A stretch of 20,080 nt of DNA, from IMG/VR virus record IMGVR_UViG_2740892269_000001, one strand, 5' to 3'. How positions within the stretch are numbered: the first letter of the stretch is position 1; every line of letters begins with the position of its first letter. This stretch comes from a virus. Its lineage: Duplodnaviria; Heunggongvirae; Uroviricota; Caudoviricetes. Below, one piece after another: positions 1 to 11,302 of this stretch. Both the position numbers and the translations under genes were made by a program. A model generated the notes under the pieces. The model ran no database searches, was not told the DNA's origin, and saw only the letters and a list, made by a program, of their open reading frames with translations.

Positions 1-2
1 GG

Positions 3-212
3 TTATCGCTCGCCACGGGAATATCTGCGGCAGCGGGCTTGTAATGGGTTAAGTGATAACAGATGTCTGGAAATATAGGGGCAAATCCAATCGTCGCCGT
101 ATTCCCGTATTAACAGAGACCGTAGCCCGACGGGGAACTCCTTCTGCGCGAGTGTGCGGGAATAATCAAAAACGATGCACACCGGGGTTACCGGGTACAC
201 ATATTTCATCAT
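3..212 (-). CDS. Hypothetical protein, N-terminal portion only; ORF continues past the window start
   Basis: Minus-strand ORF opening with tandem ATG codons at 212/209 and no stop before the window edge. It lies 45 bp downstream, in the same orientation, of the AT-rich ORF. No recognisable motif. Confidence 0.3.
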   Translation of the reverse strand: MMKYVYPVTPVCIVFDYSRTLAQKEFPVGLRSLLIREYGDDWICPYISRHLLSLNPLQARCRRYSRGER

Positions 213-257
213 GCCAGCGAGTCCGGTTCTGGCACGGAAGAAACCGGACGTTATGAT

Positions 258-668
258 TTAGTGCGGAAATATTTGTGTAGTGTTCTGTATGTTCTCAGTA
301 AAGAGTAATGAATTATCAAAGGTATAGTAATACCTTTTGTTTTCGTGGATATTTGTAATCCATCTGAAAACCCCTGCTGTAGCAAGATTTTTCCTGTATT
401 CGTAAAATGATAACTCTCCTGATTTGAATCCTTTTAAGGTGGCTTCTATAAGGCATTTATTTTTTGAAAATCTTACATTTACAACCTTACCCTGTCCTTT
501 TATTAAAACCGTATTATCGTTTTCAAGAACAAGATGAATATTCTCTGTGGCTAAATAGTAAATGTAATGTGAGACATTGTGACGTTTTAGTTCAGAATAA
601 AACCAGTGATAGTTTAAATTATTTCGCACTTTATCGAATATTTGTTTAAAAATGGCAACCTGAGCCAT
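258..668 (-). CDS. AT-rich hypothetical protein, 136 aa from the ATG at 668 (141 aa if the in-frame ATG at 683 is used); possibly DUF1398 / YdfO-YbcV-like prophage protein
   Basis: Uninterrupted minus-strand ORF in a ~30-35% GC segment, where long ORFs are unlikely by chance. The second ATG (668) is preceded by GAAGG at Shine-Dalgarno spacing; the first ATG (683) has no obvious SD. Family assignment is from memory of E. coli cryptic-prophage proteins, not a search. Confidence 0.5.
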   Translation of the reverse strand: MAQVAIFKQIFDKVRNNLNYHWFYSELKRHNVSHYIYYLATENIHLVLENDNTVLIKGQGKVVNVRFSKNKCLIEATLKGFKSGELSFYEYRKNLATAGVFRWITNIHENKRYYYTFDNSLLFTENIQNTTQIFPH

Positions 669-725
669 TGTAGTACCTTCCATGTGATATGAGGGGGCGT
701 AGTCTGCACGATTATCTAAATTGCT

Positions 726-959
726 TCAATCTGGTCTAACCTGTTTTCTGAGCAATTCAGTAATGTCACTCTTTTCTTTGTTTGCTTCAGGCGAAACTCT
801 TTTTTCTGAGCACAGTCTCCGGCGGCAGGCTTCAATGACCCAGGCTGAGAAATTCCCGGACCCTTTTTGAACAAGAGCGATGTTAATTTGTTCAATCATT
901 TGGTTAGGAAAGCGGATGTTGCGGGTTGTTGTTCTGCGGGTTCTGTTCTTCGTTGACAT
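726..959 (-). CDS. Small basic ribbon-helix-helix-like DNA-binding protein, 77 aa; possibly YnfO/YlcI-like
   Basis: Minus-strand ORF MSTKNRTRRTTTRNIRFPNQMIEQINIALVQKGSGNFSAWVIEACRRRL...: basic N-terminus, short beta-strand, then two helices, the pattern of Arc/MetJ/CopG-type RHH proteins. It is the first gene of the leftward cluster, immediately left of cos. Confidence 0.5.
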   Translation of the reverse strand: MSTKNRTRRTTTRNIRFPNQMIEQINIALVQKGSGNFSAWVIEACRRRLCSEKRVSPEANKEKSDITELLRKQVRPD

Positions 960-1100
960 GAGGTTGCCCTGTATTCAGTGTCGCTGATTTGTATTGTCTG
1001 AAGTTGTTTTTACGTTAAGTTGATGCAGATCAATTAATACGATACCTGCGTCATAATTGATTATTTGACGTGGTTTGATGGCGTAGATGCACGTTGTGAC
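960..1100 (-). promoter_or_regulatory. Intergenic region expected to carry the leftward promoter and 5' UTR of the RHH-led cluster; boxes not assigned
   Basis: Non-coding A/T-rich spacer between the RHH gene start (959) and cos. Several weak -35/-10-like hexamers on the minus strand, none convincing enough to call. Confidence 0.2.
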
Positions 1101-1129
1101 ATGTAGATGATAATTATTATCATTTTGCG

Positions 1130-1330
1130 GGTCCTTTCCGGCGATCCGACAGGTTACGGGGCGGAAGGCGCGCGGGTTTTCGCTATTTATGACAATTTTC
1201 CGGTTTAAGGCGTTTCCGTTCTTCTTCGCCGTAACCTAATGTTTTTATTTAAAACACCCCCTGAAAAGAAAGGAAACGACAGGTGCTGAAAACGGGCTTT
1301 TTGGCCTCTGTCGTTTCCTTTCTCTGTTTT
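1130..1330. promoter_or_regulatory. cos: cos DNA-packaging site (cosQ - cosN - cosB with R3/IHF/R2/R1-type elements)
   Basis: Sequence ...gatccgacaggttacg | gggcgg... cgcgggttttcgctatttatga... is the lambda right-end/left-end junction as I remember it. Downstream are repeated cgtttcc-type elements (1211-1226, 1268-1283, 1308-1323), including a perfect 12-bp inverted repeat aggaaacgacag/ctgtcgtttcct around an A/T-rich tract, directly upstream of Nu1. Confidence 0.8.
1159..1170 (+). other. cosN 12-nt cohesive-end segment (GGGCGGAAGGCG), variant of the canonical lambda overhang
   Basis: Position fixed by conserved flanks (caggttacg on the left, cgcgggttttcgc on the right). The 12-mer differs from the canonical GGGCGGCGACCT at 5 positions. 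Confidence 0.55.
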
Positions 1331-1347
1331 TGTCCGTGGAATGAACA

Positions 1348-1867
1348 ATGGAAGTCAACAAAAAGCAGCTGGCTGACATTTTCGGTGCGAGTATCCGTAC
1401 CATTCAGAACTGGCAGGAACAGGGAATGCCCGTTCTGCGAGGCGGTGGCAAGGGTAATGAGGTGCTTTATGACTCTGCCGCCGTTATAAGATGGTATGCC
1501 GAAAGGGATGCTGAAATTGAGAACGAAAAGCTGCGCCGGGAAGTTGAAGAACTGCGGCAGGCCAGCGAGACAGATCTCCAGCCAGGGACTATTGAGTACG
1601 AACGCCATCGACTTACGCGTGCGCAGGCCGACGCACAGGAGCTGAAAAATGCCAGAGACTCCGCTGAAGTGGTGGAAACCGCATTCTGTACTTTCGTGCT
1701 GTCGCGGATCGCAGGTGAAATTGCCAGTATTCTCGACGGGATCCCCCTGTCGGTGCAGCGGCGTTTTCCGGAACTGGAAAACCGACATGTTGATTTCCTG
1801 AAACGGGATATCATCAAAGCCATGAACAAAGCAGCCGCGCTGGATGAACTGATACCGGGGTTGCTGA

Positions 1868-1893
<26 letters not shown>
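1348..1893 (+). CDS. nu1: Terminase small subunit Nu1
   Basis: 181-aa ORF MEVNKKQLADIFGASIRTIQNWQEQGMPVLRGG... recognised as lambda gpNu1 (N-terminal winged-HTH DNA-binding domain); starts just after cosB and overlaps the A start. Confidence 0.95.
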
Positions 1894-5170
<3,277 letters not shown>

Positions 5171-5190
<20 letters not shown>

Positions 5191-6490
5191 TCTCCCGCAT
5201 ATTGCCAGCATGGCTTTTAATGAGCCGCTGATGCTTGAACCCGCCTATGCGCGGGTTTTCTTTTGTGCGCTTGCAGGCCAGCTTGGGATCAGCTGCCTGA
5301 CGGATGCAGTATCCGGCGACAGCCTGACTGCCGGAGAGGCACCCGCGGCGCTGGCGTTATCCGGTGATGATGACGGACCACGACAGGCCCGCAGTTATCA
5401 GGTAATGAACGGCATCGCCGTGCTGCCGGTGTCCGGCACGCTGGTCAGCCGGACGCGGGCGCTGCAGCCGTACTCGGGGATGACCGGTTACAACGGCATT
5501 ATCGCCCGTCTGCAACAGGCTGCCAGCGACCCGATGGTGGACGGCATTCTGCTCGATATGGACACACCGGGCGGAATGGTGGCGGGAGCATTTGACTGCG
5601 CTGACATCATCGCCCGTGTGCGTGACATAAAGCCGGTATGGGCGCTGGCCAATGACATGAACTGCAGCGCAGGTCAGCTGCTTGCCAGTGCCGCCTCCCG
5701 GCGTCTGGTCACGCAGACCGCCCGGACAGGCTCCATCGGCGTCATGATGGCTCACAGTAATTACGGCGCTGCACTGGAGAAACAGGGCGTGGAAATCACG
5801 CTGATTTACAGCGGCAGCCATAAGGTGGATGGCAACCCCTACAGCCATCTACCGGATGATGTCCGGGAAACATTGCAGTCCCGGATGGATGCAACCCGCC
5901 GGATGTTTGCACAGAAGGTGTCGGCATATACCGGCCTGTCCGTGCAGGCTGTGCTGGATACCGAGGCTGCAGTGTACAGCGGTCAGGAGGCCATTGATGC
6001 CGGACTGGCTGATGAACTTGTTAACAGTACCGATGCGATCACCGTCATGCGTGATGCACTGGATGCACGTAAATCCCGTCTCTCAGGAGGGCGAATGACC
6101 AAAGAGACTCAATCAACAACTGTTTCAGCCACTGCTTCGCAGGCTGACGTTACTGGCGTGGTGCAAGCGACGGAGGGCGAGAACGCCAGCGCGGCGCAGC
6201 CGGACGTGAACGCGCAGATCACCGCAGCGGTTGCGGCAGAAAACAGTCGCATTATGGGGATCCTCAACTGTGAGGAGGCTCACGGACGCGAAGAACAGGC
6301 ACGCGTGCTGGCCGAAACCCCCGGTATGACCGTGGAAACGGCCCGCCGTATTCTGGCCGCAGCACCACAGAGTGCACAGACGCGCAGTGACACTGCGCTG
6401 GATCGTCTGATGCAGGGGGCACCGGCACCGCTGGCTGCAGGTAACCCGGCATCTGATGCCGTTAACGATTTGCTGAACACACCAGTGTAA
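5171..6490 (+). CDS. C: Head maturation protease C (ClpP/S49-like), GTG start
   Basis: Protein VTAELRNLPHIASMAFNEPLMLEPAYARVFF... recognised as gpC (439 aa). The longer ORF from 5036 is an upstream in-frame extension overlapping B; GTG at 5171 gives the known N-terminus. Confidence 0.9.
5885..6490 (+). CDS. nu3: Scaffolding protein Nu3, in-frame internal start within C
   Basis: In-frame ATG at 5885 (MDATRRMFAQKVSAY...) sharing the C stop; the known gene-within-gene arrangement of lambda C/Nu3. Confidence 0.7.
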   Translation: MDATRRMFAQKVSAYTGLSVQAVLDTEAAVYSGQEAIDAGLADELVNSTDAITVMRDALDARKSRLSGGRMTKETQSTTVSATASQADVTGVVQATEGENASAAQPDVNAQITAAVAAENSRIMGILNCEEAHGREEQARVLAETPGMTVETARRILAAAPQSAQTRSDTALDRLMQGAPAPLAAGNPASDAVNDLLNTPV

Positions 6491-6499
6491 GGGATGTTT

Positions 6500-6832
6500 A
6501 TGACGAGCAAAGAAACCTTTACCCATTACCAGCCGCTGGGCAATAGTGACCCGGCTCATACCGCAACCGCGCCCGGCGGATTGAGTGCGAAAGCGCCTGC
6601 AATGACCCCGCTGATGCTGGACACCTCCACCCGTAAGCTGGTTGCGTGGGATGGCACCACCGACGGTGCTGCCGTTGGCATTCTTGCGGTTGCTGCTGAC
6701 CAGACCAGCACCACACTGACGTTCTACAAGTCCGGCACGTTCCGTTATGAGGATGTGCTCTGGCCGGAGGCTGCCAGCGACGAGACGAAAAAACGGACCG
6801 TGTTTGCCGGAACGGCAATCAGCATCGTTTAA
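6500..6832 (+). CDS. D: Head decoration protein D
   Basis: 110-aa protein [27 protein letters not shown]... recognised as gpD. Confidence 0.95.
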   Translation: MTSKETFTHYQPLGNSDPAHTATAPGGLSAKAPAMTPLMLDTSTRKLVAWDGTTDGAAVGILAVAADQTSTTLTFYKSGTFRYEDVLWPEAASDETKKRTVFAGTAISIV

Positions 6833-6853
6833 CTTTACCCTTCATCACTAAAG

Positions 6854-6874
6854 GCCGCCTGTGTGGCTTTTTTT
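6854..6874 (+). terminator. Weak stem-loop plus T7 run between D and E (possible attenuator)
   Basis: gccgc-ctgt-gtggc (5-bp stem including one G.U pair) followed by ttttttt; sits 22 bp after the D stop. Confidence 0.3.
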
Positions 6875-6887
6875 ACGGGATTTTTTT

Positions 6888-7913
6888 ATGTCGATGTACA
6901 CAACCGCCCAGCTGCTGGCGGCAAATGAGCAGAAATTTAAGTTTGATCCGCTGTTTCTGCGTCTCTTTTTCCGTGAGAGCTATCCCTTCACTACGGAGAA
7001 AGTCTATCTCTCACAAATTCCGGGACTGGTAAACATGGCGCTGTACGTTTCGCCGATTGTTTCCGGTGAGGTTATCCGTTCCCGTGGCGGCTCCACCTCT
7101 GAATTTACGCCGGGATATGTCAAACCCAAGCATGAGGTGAATCCGCAGATGACCCTGCGTCGCCTGCCGGATGAAGATCCGCAGAATCTGGCGGACCCGG
7201 CTTACCGCCGCCGTCGCATCATCATGCAGAACATGCGTGACGAAGAGCTGGCCATTGCTCAGGTCGAAGAGATGCAGGCAGTTTCTGCCGTGCTCAAGGG
7301 CAAATACACCATGACCGGTGAAGCCTTCGATCCGGTTGAGGTGGATATGGGCCGCAGTGCGGCGAACAACATCACACAGTCCGGCGTCACGGAGTGGAGC
7401 AAGCGTGACAAGTCCACGTATGACCCGACCGACGATATCGAAGCCTACGCGCTGAACGCCAGCGGTGTGGTGAATATCATCGTGTTTGACCCGAAAGGCT
7501 GGGCGCTGTTCCGTTCCTTCAAAGCCGTCAAGGAGAAGCTGGATACCCGTCGCGGCTCTCATTCCGAGCTGGAGACAGCGGTAAAAGACCTGGGCAAAGC
7601 GGTGTCCTATAAGGGAATGTATGGCGATGTGGCCATCGTCGTGTATTCCGGACAGTACGTGGAAAACGGCGTCAAAAAGAACTTCCTGCCGGACAACACG
7701 ATGGTGCTGGGGAACACTCAGGCTCGCGGTCTGCGCACCTATGGCTGCATTCAGGATGCGGACGCACAGCGCGAAGGCATTAACGCTTCTGCCCGTTACC
7801 CGAAAAACTGGGTGACCACCGGCGATCCGGCGCGTGAGTTCACCATGATTCAGTCAGCACCGCTGATGCTGCTGGCTGATCCTGATGAGTTCGTGTCCGT
7901 TCAACTGGCGTAA
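6888..7913 (+). CDS. E: Major capsid protein E (HK97 fold)
   Basis: 341-aa protein MSMYTTAQLLAANEQKFKFDPLFLRLFFRESYPFTTEKVYLSQIPGLVNMALYVSPIVSGEV... recognised as gpE. Confidence 0.97.
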   Translation: MSMYTTAQLLAANEQKFKFDPLFLRLFFRESYPFTTEKVYLSQIPGLVNMALYVSPIVSGEVIRSRGGSTSEFTPGYVKPKHEVNPQMTLRRLPDEDPQNLADPAYRRRRIIMQNMRDEELAIAQVEEMQAVSAVLKGKYTMTGEAFDPVEVDMGRSAANNITQSGVTEWSKRDKSTYDPTDDIEAYALNASGVVNIIVFDPKGWALFRSFKAVKEKLDTRRGSHSELETAVKDLGKAVSYKGMYGDVAIVVYSGQYVENGVKKNFLPDNTMVLGNTQARGLRTYGCIQDADAQREGINASARYPKNWVTTGDPAREFTMIQSAPLMLLADPDEFVSVQLA

Positions 7914-7915
7914 TC

Positions 7916-7941
7916 ATGGCCCTTCGGGGCCATTTTCTCTC
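7916..7941 (+). terminator. Stem-loop (7-bp stem, ttcg loop) with T-rich tail immediately after E
   Basis: atggccc-ttcg-gggccat followed by tttctctc, starting 3 nt after the E stop; likely a partial terminator or RNA-stability element. Confidence 0.4.
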
Positions 7942-7954
7942 TGTGGAGGAGTTC

Positions 7955-8353
7955 ATGACGAAAGATGAACTGATTGCCCGTCTTCAGGAGCTGGGTGAGC
8001 AATTGAACCGCGATGTCAGTTTGACGGGAACGAAAGAAGAACTGGCGCTTCGTGTGGCAGAGCTGGAAGAAGAGCTTGATGACACGGATGAAACTGCCGG
8101 TCAGGACACCCCTCTCAGCCGGGAAAATGTGCTGACCGGGCATGAAAATGAGGTGGTATCAGCGCAGCCGGATACCGTGATTCAGGATACGGCTGAACTG
8201 GTCACGGTCGTGGCACTGGTGACGCTGCATACTGATGCACTTCACGCCACGCGGGATAAACCTGTGGCATTTGTGCTGCCGGGAACGGCGTTTCGTGTCT
8301 CTGCCGGTGTGGCAGCCGAAATGACAGAGCGCGGCCTGGCCAGAATGCAATAA
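7955..8353 (+). CDS. FI: DNA-packaging / head-assembly protein FI
   Basis: 132-aa protein MTKDELIARLQELGEQLNRDVSLTGTKEELALRVAELEEELDDTDETAGQ... recognised as gpFI. Confidence 0.9.
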   Translation: MTKDELIARLQELGEQLNRDVSLTGTKEELALRVAELEEELDDTDETAGQDTPLSRENVLTGHENEVVSAQPDTVIQDTAELVTVVALVTLHTDALHATRDKPVAFVLPGTAFRVSAGVAAEMTERGLARMQ

Positions 8354-8364
8354 CGGGAGGCGCT

Positions 8365-8718
8365 GTGGCTGATTTCGATAACCTGTTCGATGCTGCCATT
8401 GCCCGCGCCGATGAAACGATACGCGGGTACATGGGAACGTCAGCCACCATGACATCCGGTGAGCAGTCAGGTGCGGTGATACGTGGTGTTTTTGATGACC
8501 CTGAAAATATCAGCTATGCCGGACAGGGCGTGCGCGTTGAAGGCTCCAGCCCGTCCCTGTTTGTCCGGACTGATGAGGTGCGGCAGCTGCGGCGTGGAGA
8601 CACGCTGACCATCGGTGAGGAAAATTTCTGGGTAGATCGGGTTTCGCCGGATGATGGCGGAAGTTGTCATCTCTGGCTTGGACGGGGCGTACCGCCTGCC
8701 GTTAACCGTCGCCGCTGA
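8365..8718 (+). CDS. FII: Head-tail joining protein FII
   Basis: 117-aa protein MADFDNLFDAAIARADETIRGYMG... recognised as gpFII. Confidence 0.9.
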   Translation: MADFDNLFDAAIARADETIRGYMGTSATMTSGEQSGAVIRGVFDDPENISYAGQGVRVEGSSPSLFVRTDEVRQLRRGDTLTIGEENFWVDRVSPDDGGSCHLWLGRGVPPAVNRRR

Positions 8719-8729
8719 AAGGGGGATGT

Positions 8730-9308
8730 ATGGCCATAAAAGGTCTTGAGCAGGCCGTTGAAAACCTCAGCCGTATCAGCAAAACGGCGGTGCCCGGTGC
8801 CGCCGCAATGGCCATTAACCGCGTTGCTTCATCCGCGATATCGCAGTCTGCGTCACAGGTTGCCCGTGAGACAAAGGTACGCCGGAAACTGGTAAAGGAA
8901 AGGGCCAGGCTGAAAAGGGCCACGGTCAAAAATCCGCAGGCCAGAATCAAAGTTAACCGGGGGGATTTGCCCGTAATCAAGCTGGGTAATGCGCGGGTTG
9001 TCCTGTCCCGCCGCAGGCGTCATAAAAAGGGGCAGCGTTCATCCCTGAAAGGTGGCGGCAGCGTGCTTGTGGTGGGTAACCGTCGTATTCCCGGCGCGTT
9101 TATTCAGCAACTGAAAAACGGCCGGTGGCATGTTATGCAGCGTGTGGCCGGGAAAAACCGTTACCCCATTGATGTGGTGAAAATCCCGATGGCGGTGCCG
9201 CTGACCACGGCGTTTAAACAGAATATTGAACGGATACGGCGTGAACGTCTTCCGAAAGAGCTGGGCTATGCGCTGCAGCATCAACTGAGAATGGTAATAA
9301 AGCGATGA
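8730..9308 (+). CDS. Z: Tail completion protein Z
   Basis: 192-aa protein MAIKGLEQAVENLSRISKTAVPG... recognised as gpZ; stop overlaps the U start. Confidence 0.92.
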   Translation: MAIKGLEQAVENLSRISKTAVPGAAAMAINRVASSAISQSASQVARETKVRRKLVKERARLKRATVKNPQARIKVNRGDLPVIKLGNARVVLSRRRRHKKGQRSSLKGGGSVLVVGNRRIPGAFIQQLKNGRWHVMQRVAGKNRYPIDVVKIPMAVPLTTAFKQNIERIRRERLPKELGYALQHQLRMVIKR

Positions 9309-9700
9309 AACATACTGAACTCCGTGCAGCCGTACTGGATGCACTGGAGAAGCATGACACCGGGGCGACGCTTTTTGATGGTCGCCCCGCTGTTTTTGAT
9401 GAGGAAGATTTTCCGGCAATTGCCGTTTATCTCACCGGCGCTGAATACACGGGCGAAGAGCTGGACAGCGATACCTGGCAGGCGGAGCTGCATATTGAAG
9501 TTTTCCTGCCTGCTCAGGTGCCGGATTCAGAGCTGGATTCGTGGATGGAGTCCCGGATTTATCCTGTGATGAGCGATATCCCGGCACTGTCAGATTTGAT
9601 CACCAGTATGGTGGCCAGCGGCTATGACTACCGGCGCGACGATGATGCGGGCCTGTGGAGTTCAGCCGATCTGACTTATGTCATTATCTATGAAATGTGA
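9305..9700 (+). CDS. U: Tail terminator protein U
   Basis: 131-aa protein [48 protein letters not shown]... recognised as gpU. Confidence 0.92.
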   Translation: MKHTELRAAVLDALEKHDTGATLFDGRPAVFDEEDFPAIAVYLTGAEYTGEELDSDTWQAELHIEVFLPAQVPDSELDSWMESRIYPVMSDIPALSDLITSMVASGYDYRRDDDAGLWSSADLTYVIIYEM

Positions 9701-9707
9701 GGACGCT

Positions 9708-10448
9708 ATGCCTGTACCAAATCCTACAATGCCGGTGAAAGGTGCCGGGACCACCCTGTGGGTTTATAAGGGGAGCGGTGACCCTTATGCGAACCCGCTT
9801 TCAGACGTTGACTGGTCGCGTCTGGCAAAAGTTAAAGACCTGACGCCCGGCGAACTGACCGCTGAGTCCTATGACGACAGCTATCTCGATGATGAAGATG
9901 CAGACTGGACTGCGACCGGGCAGGGGCAGAAATCTGCCGGAGATACCAGCTTCACGCTGGCGTGGATGCCCGGAGAGCAGGGGCAGCAGGCGCTGCTGGC
10001 GTGGTTTAATGAAGGTGATACCCGTGCCTATAAAATCCGCTTCCCGAACGGCACGGTCGATGTGTTCCGTGGCTGGGTCAGCAGTATCGGTAAGGCGGTG
10101 ACGGCGAAGGAGGTGATTACCCGCACGGTGAAGGTCACCAATGTGGGACGTCCGTCGATGGCAGAAGATCGCAGCACGGTGACGGCGACGACCGGCATGA
10201 CGGTGACACCCGCCAGTGCTTCCGTAGTGAAAGGGCAGAGCACCACGCTGACCGTGGCATTCCAGCCGGATGGCGCAACCGACAAGAGCTTCCGTGCGGT
10301 GTCTGCGGATAAAACAAAAGCCACCGTGTCGGTCAGTGGTATGACCATCACCGTGAAAGGTGTTGCTGCAGGCAAGGTCAACATTCCGGTCGTATCTGGT
10401 AATGGTGAGTTTGCTGCGGTTGCAGAAATCAACGTCACCGCCAGTTAA
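9708..10448 (+). CDS. V: Major tail tube protein V, with C-terminal Ig-like (Big_2-type) domain
   Basis: 246-aa protein [36 protein letters not shown]... recognised as gpV. The C-terminal ~90 aa ([33 protein letters not shown]...) have Ig-like character. Confidence 0.95.
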   Translation: MPVPNPTMPVKGAGTTLWVYKGSGDPYANPLSDVDWSRLAKVKDLTPGELTAESYDDSYLDDEDADWTATGQGQKSAGDTSFTLAWMPGEQGQQALLAWFNEGDTRAYKIRFPNGTVDVFRGWVSSIGKAVTAKEVITRTVKVTNVGRPSMAEDRSTVTATTGMTVTPASASVVKGQSTTLTVAFQPDGATDKSFRAVSADKTKATVSVSGMTITVKGVAAGKVNIPVVSGNGEFAAVAEINVTAS

Positions 10449-10463
10449 TCCGGAGAGTCAGCG

Positions 10464-10886
10464 ATGTTCCTGAAAACCGAATCATTTGAACATAACGGTG
10501 TGACCGTCACGCTTTCTGAACTGTCAGCCCTGCAGCGTATTGAGCATCTCGACCTGATGAAACGGCAGGCAGAACAGGCGGAGTCAGACAGCAACCGGAA
10601 GTTTACTGTGGAAGACGCCATCAGAACCGGCGCTTTTGTGGTTGCGATGTCCCTGTGGCATAACCATCCGAAGAAGACGCAGATGCCGTCCATGAATGAA
10701 GCCGTTAAACAGATTGAGCAGGAAGTGCTTACCACCTGGCCCACAGAGGCAATTTCTCATGCTGAAAACGTGGTGTACCGGCTGTCCGGTATGTATGAGT
10801 TTGTGGTGAATGATGCTCCTGAACAGGCAGAGGACGCCGGGCCTGCAGAGCCTGTTTCTGCGGGAAAGTGTTCGACGGTGAGCTGA
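10464..10886 (+). CDS. G: Tail assembly chaperone G
   Basis: 140-aa protein MFLKTESFEHNGVTVTLSELSALQRIEHLDLMKRQAEQ... recognised as gpG. Confidence 0.9.
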   Translation: MFLKTESFEHNGVTVTLSELSALQRIEHLDLMKRQAEQAESDSNRKFTVEDAIRTGAFVVAMSLWHNHPKKTQMPSMNEAVKQIEQEVLTTWPTEAISHAENVVYRLSGMYEFVVNDAPEQAEDAGPAEPVSAGKCSTVS

Positions 10887-11302
10887 GTTTTGCCCTGAAA
10901 CTGGCGCGTGAGATGGGGCGACCCGACTGGCGCGCCATGCTTGCCGGGATGTCATCCACGGAGTATGCCGACTGGCACCGCTTTTACAGTACCCATTATT
11001 TTCATGATGTTCTGCTGGATATGCACTTTTCCGGGCTGACGTACACCGTGCTCAGCCTGTTTTTCAGCGATCCGGAGATGCATCCGCTGGATTTCAGTCT
11101 GCTGAACCGGCGCGAGGCTGACGAAGAGCCTGAAGATGATGTGCTGATGCAGAAAGCGGCAGGGCTTGCCGGAGGTGTCCGCTTTGGCCCGGACGGGAAT
11201 GAAGTTATCCCCGCTTCCCCGGATGTGGCGGACATGACGGAGGATGACGTAATGCTGATGACAGTATCAGAAGGGATCGCAGGAGGAGTCCGGTATGGCT
11301 GA
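10464..11302 (+). CDS. T: Tail assembly chaperone G-T fusion, made by -1 programmed ribosomal frameshift at 10862-10868
   Basis: The T-frame ORF (10868-11302, ...FDGELSFALKLAREMGRPDWRAMLAG...) overlaps the 3' end of G in the -1 frame, with slippery heptamer G GGA AAG at the junction; this is the conserved lambda G/GT arrangement. Stop overlaps the H start. Confidence 0.75.
10862..10868 (+). other. Slippery heptanucleotide GGGAAAG (-1 frameshift site for G-T)
   Basis: Heptamer sits in the G zero frame as G GGA AAG, 6 codons before the G stop. Confidence 0.75.

Noticed and set aside
53-256. 67-aa plus-strand ORF at the window start
   Set aside because: Arg-rich, low-complexity, overlaps the more plausible minus-strand partial ORF; no ribosome-binding site noted.
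464-649. 61-aa plus-strand ORF inside the AT-rich island
   Set aside because: Fully overlapped by the longer minus-strand ORF, which has a Shine-Dalgarno-like sequence at its second ATG. I cannot exclude that a small plus-strand gene exists here (a small lambda right-end ORF is annotated somewhere in this neighbourhood, if memory serves), so this is a low-confidence rejection.
1283-1489. 68-aa plus-strand ORF spanning cosB and the start of Nu1
   Set aside because: Overlaps the cosB repeat elements and sits out of frame over the Nu1 start; a spurious frame.
9678-9707. Upstream in-frame start extending V to 256 aa
   Set aside because: The extension overlaps the U 3' end; the known gpV N-terminus ([12 protein letters not shown]) begins at the ATG at 9708.
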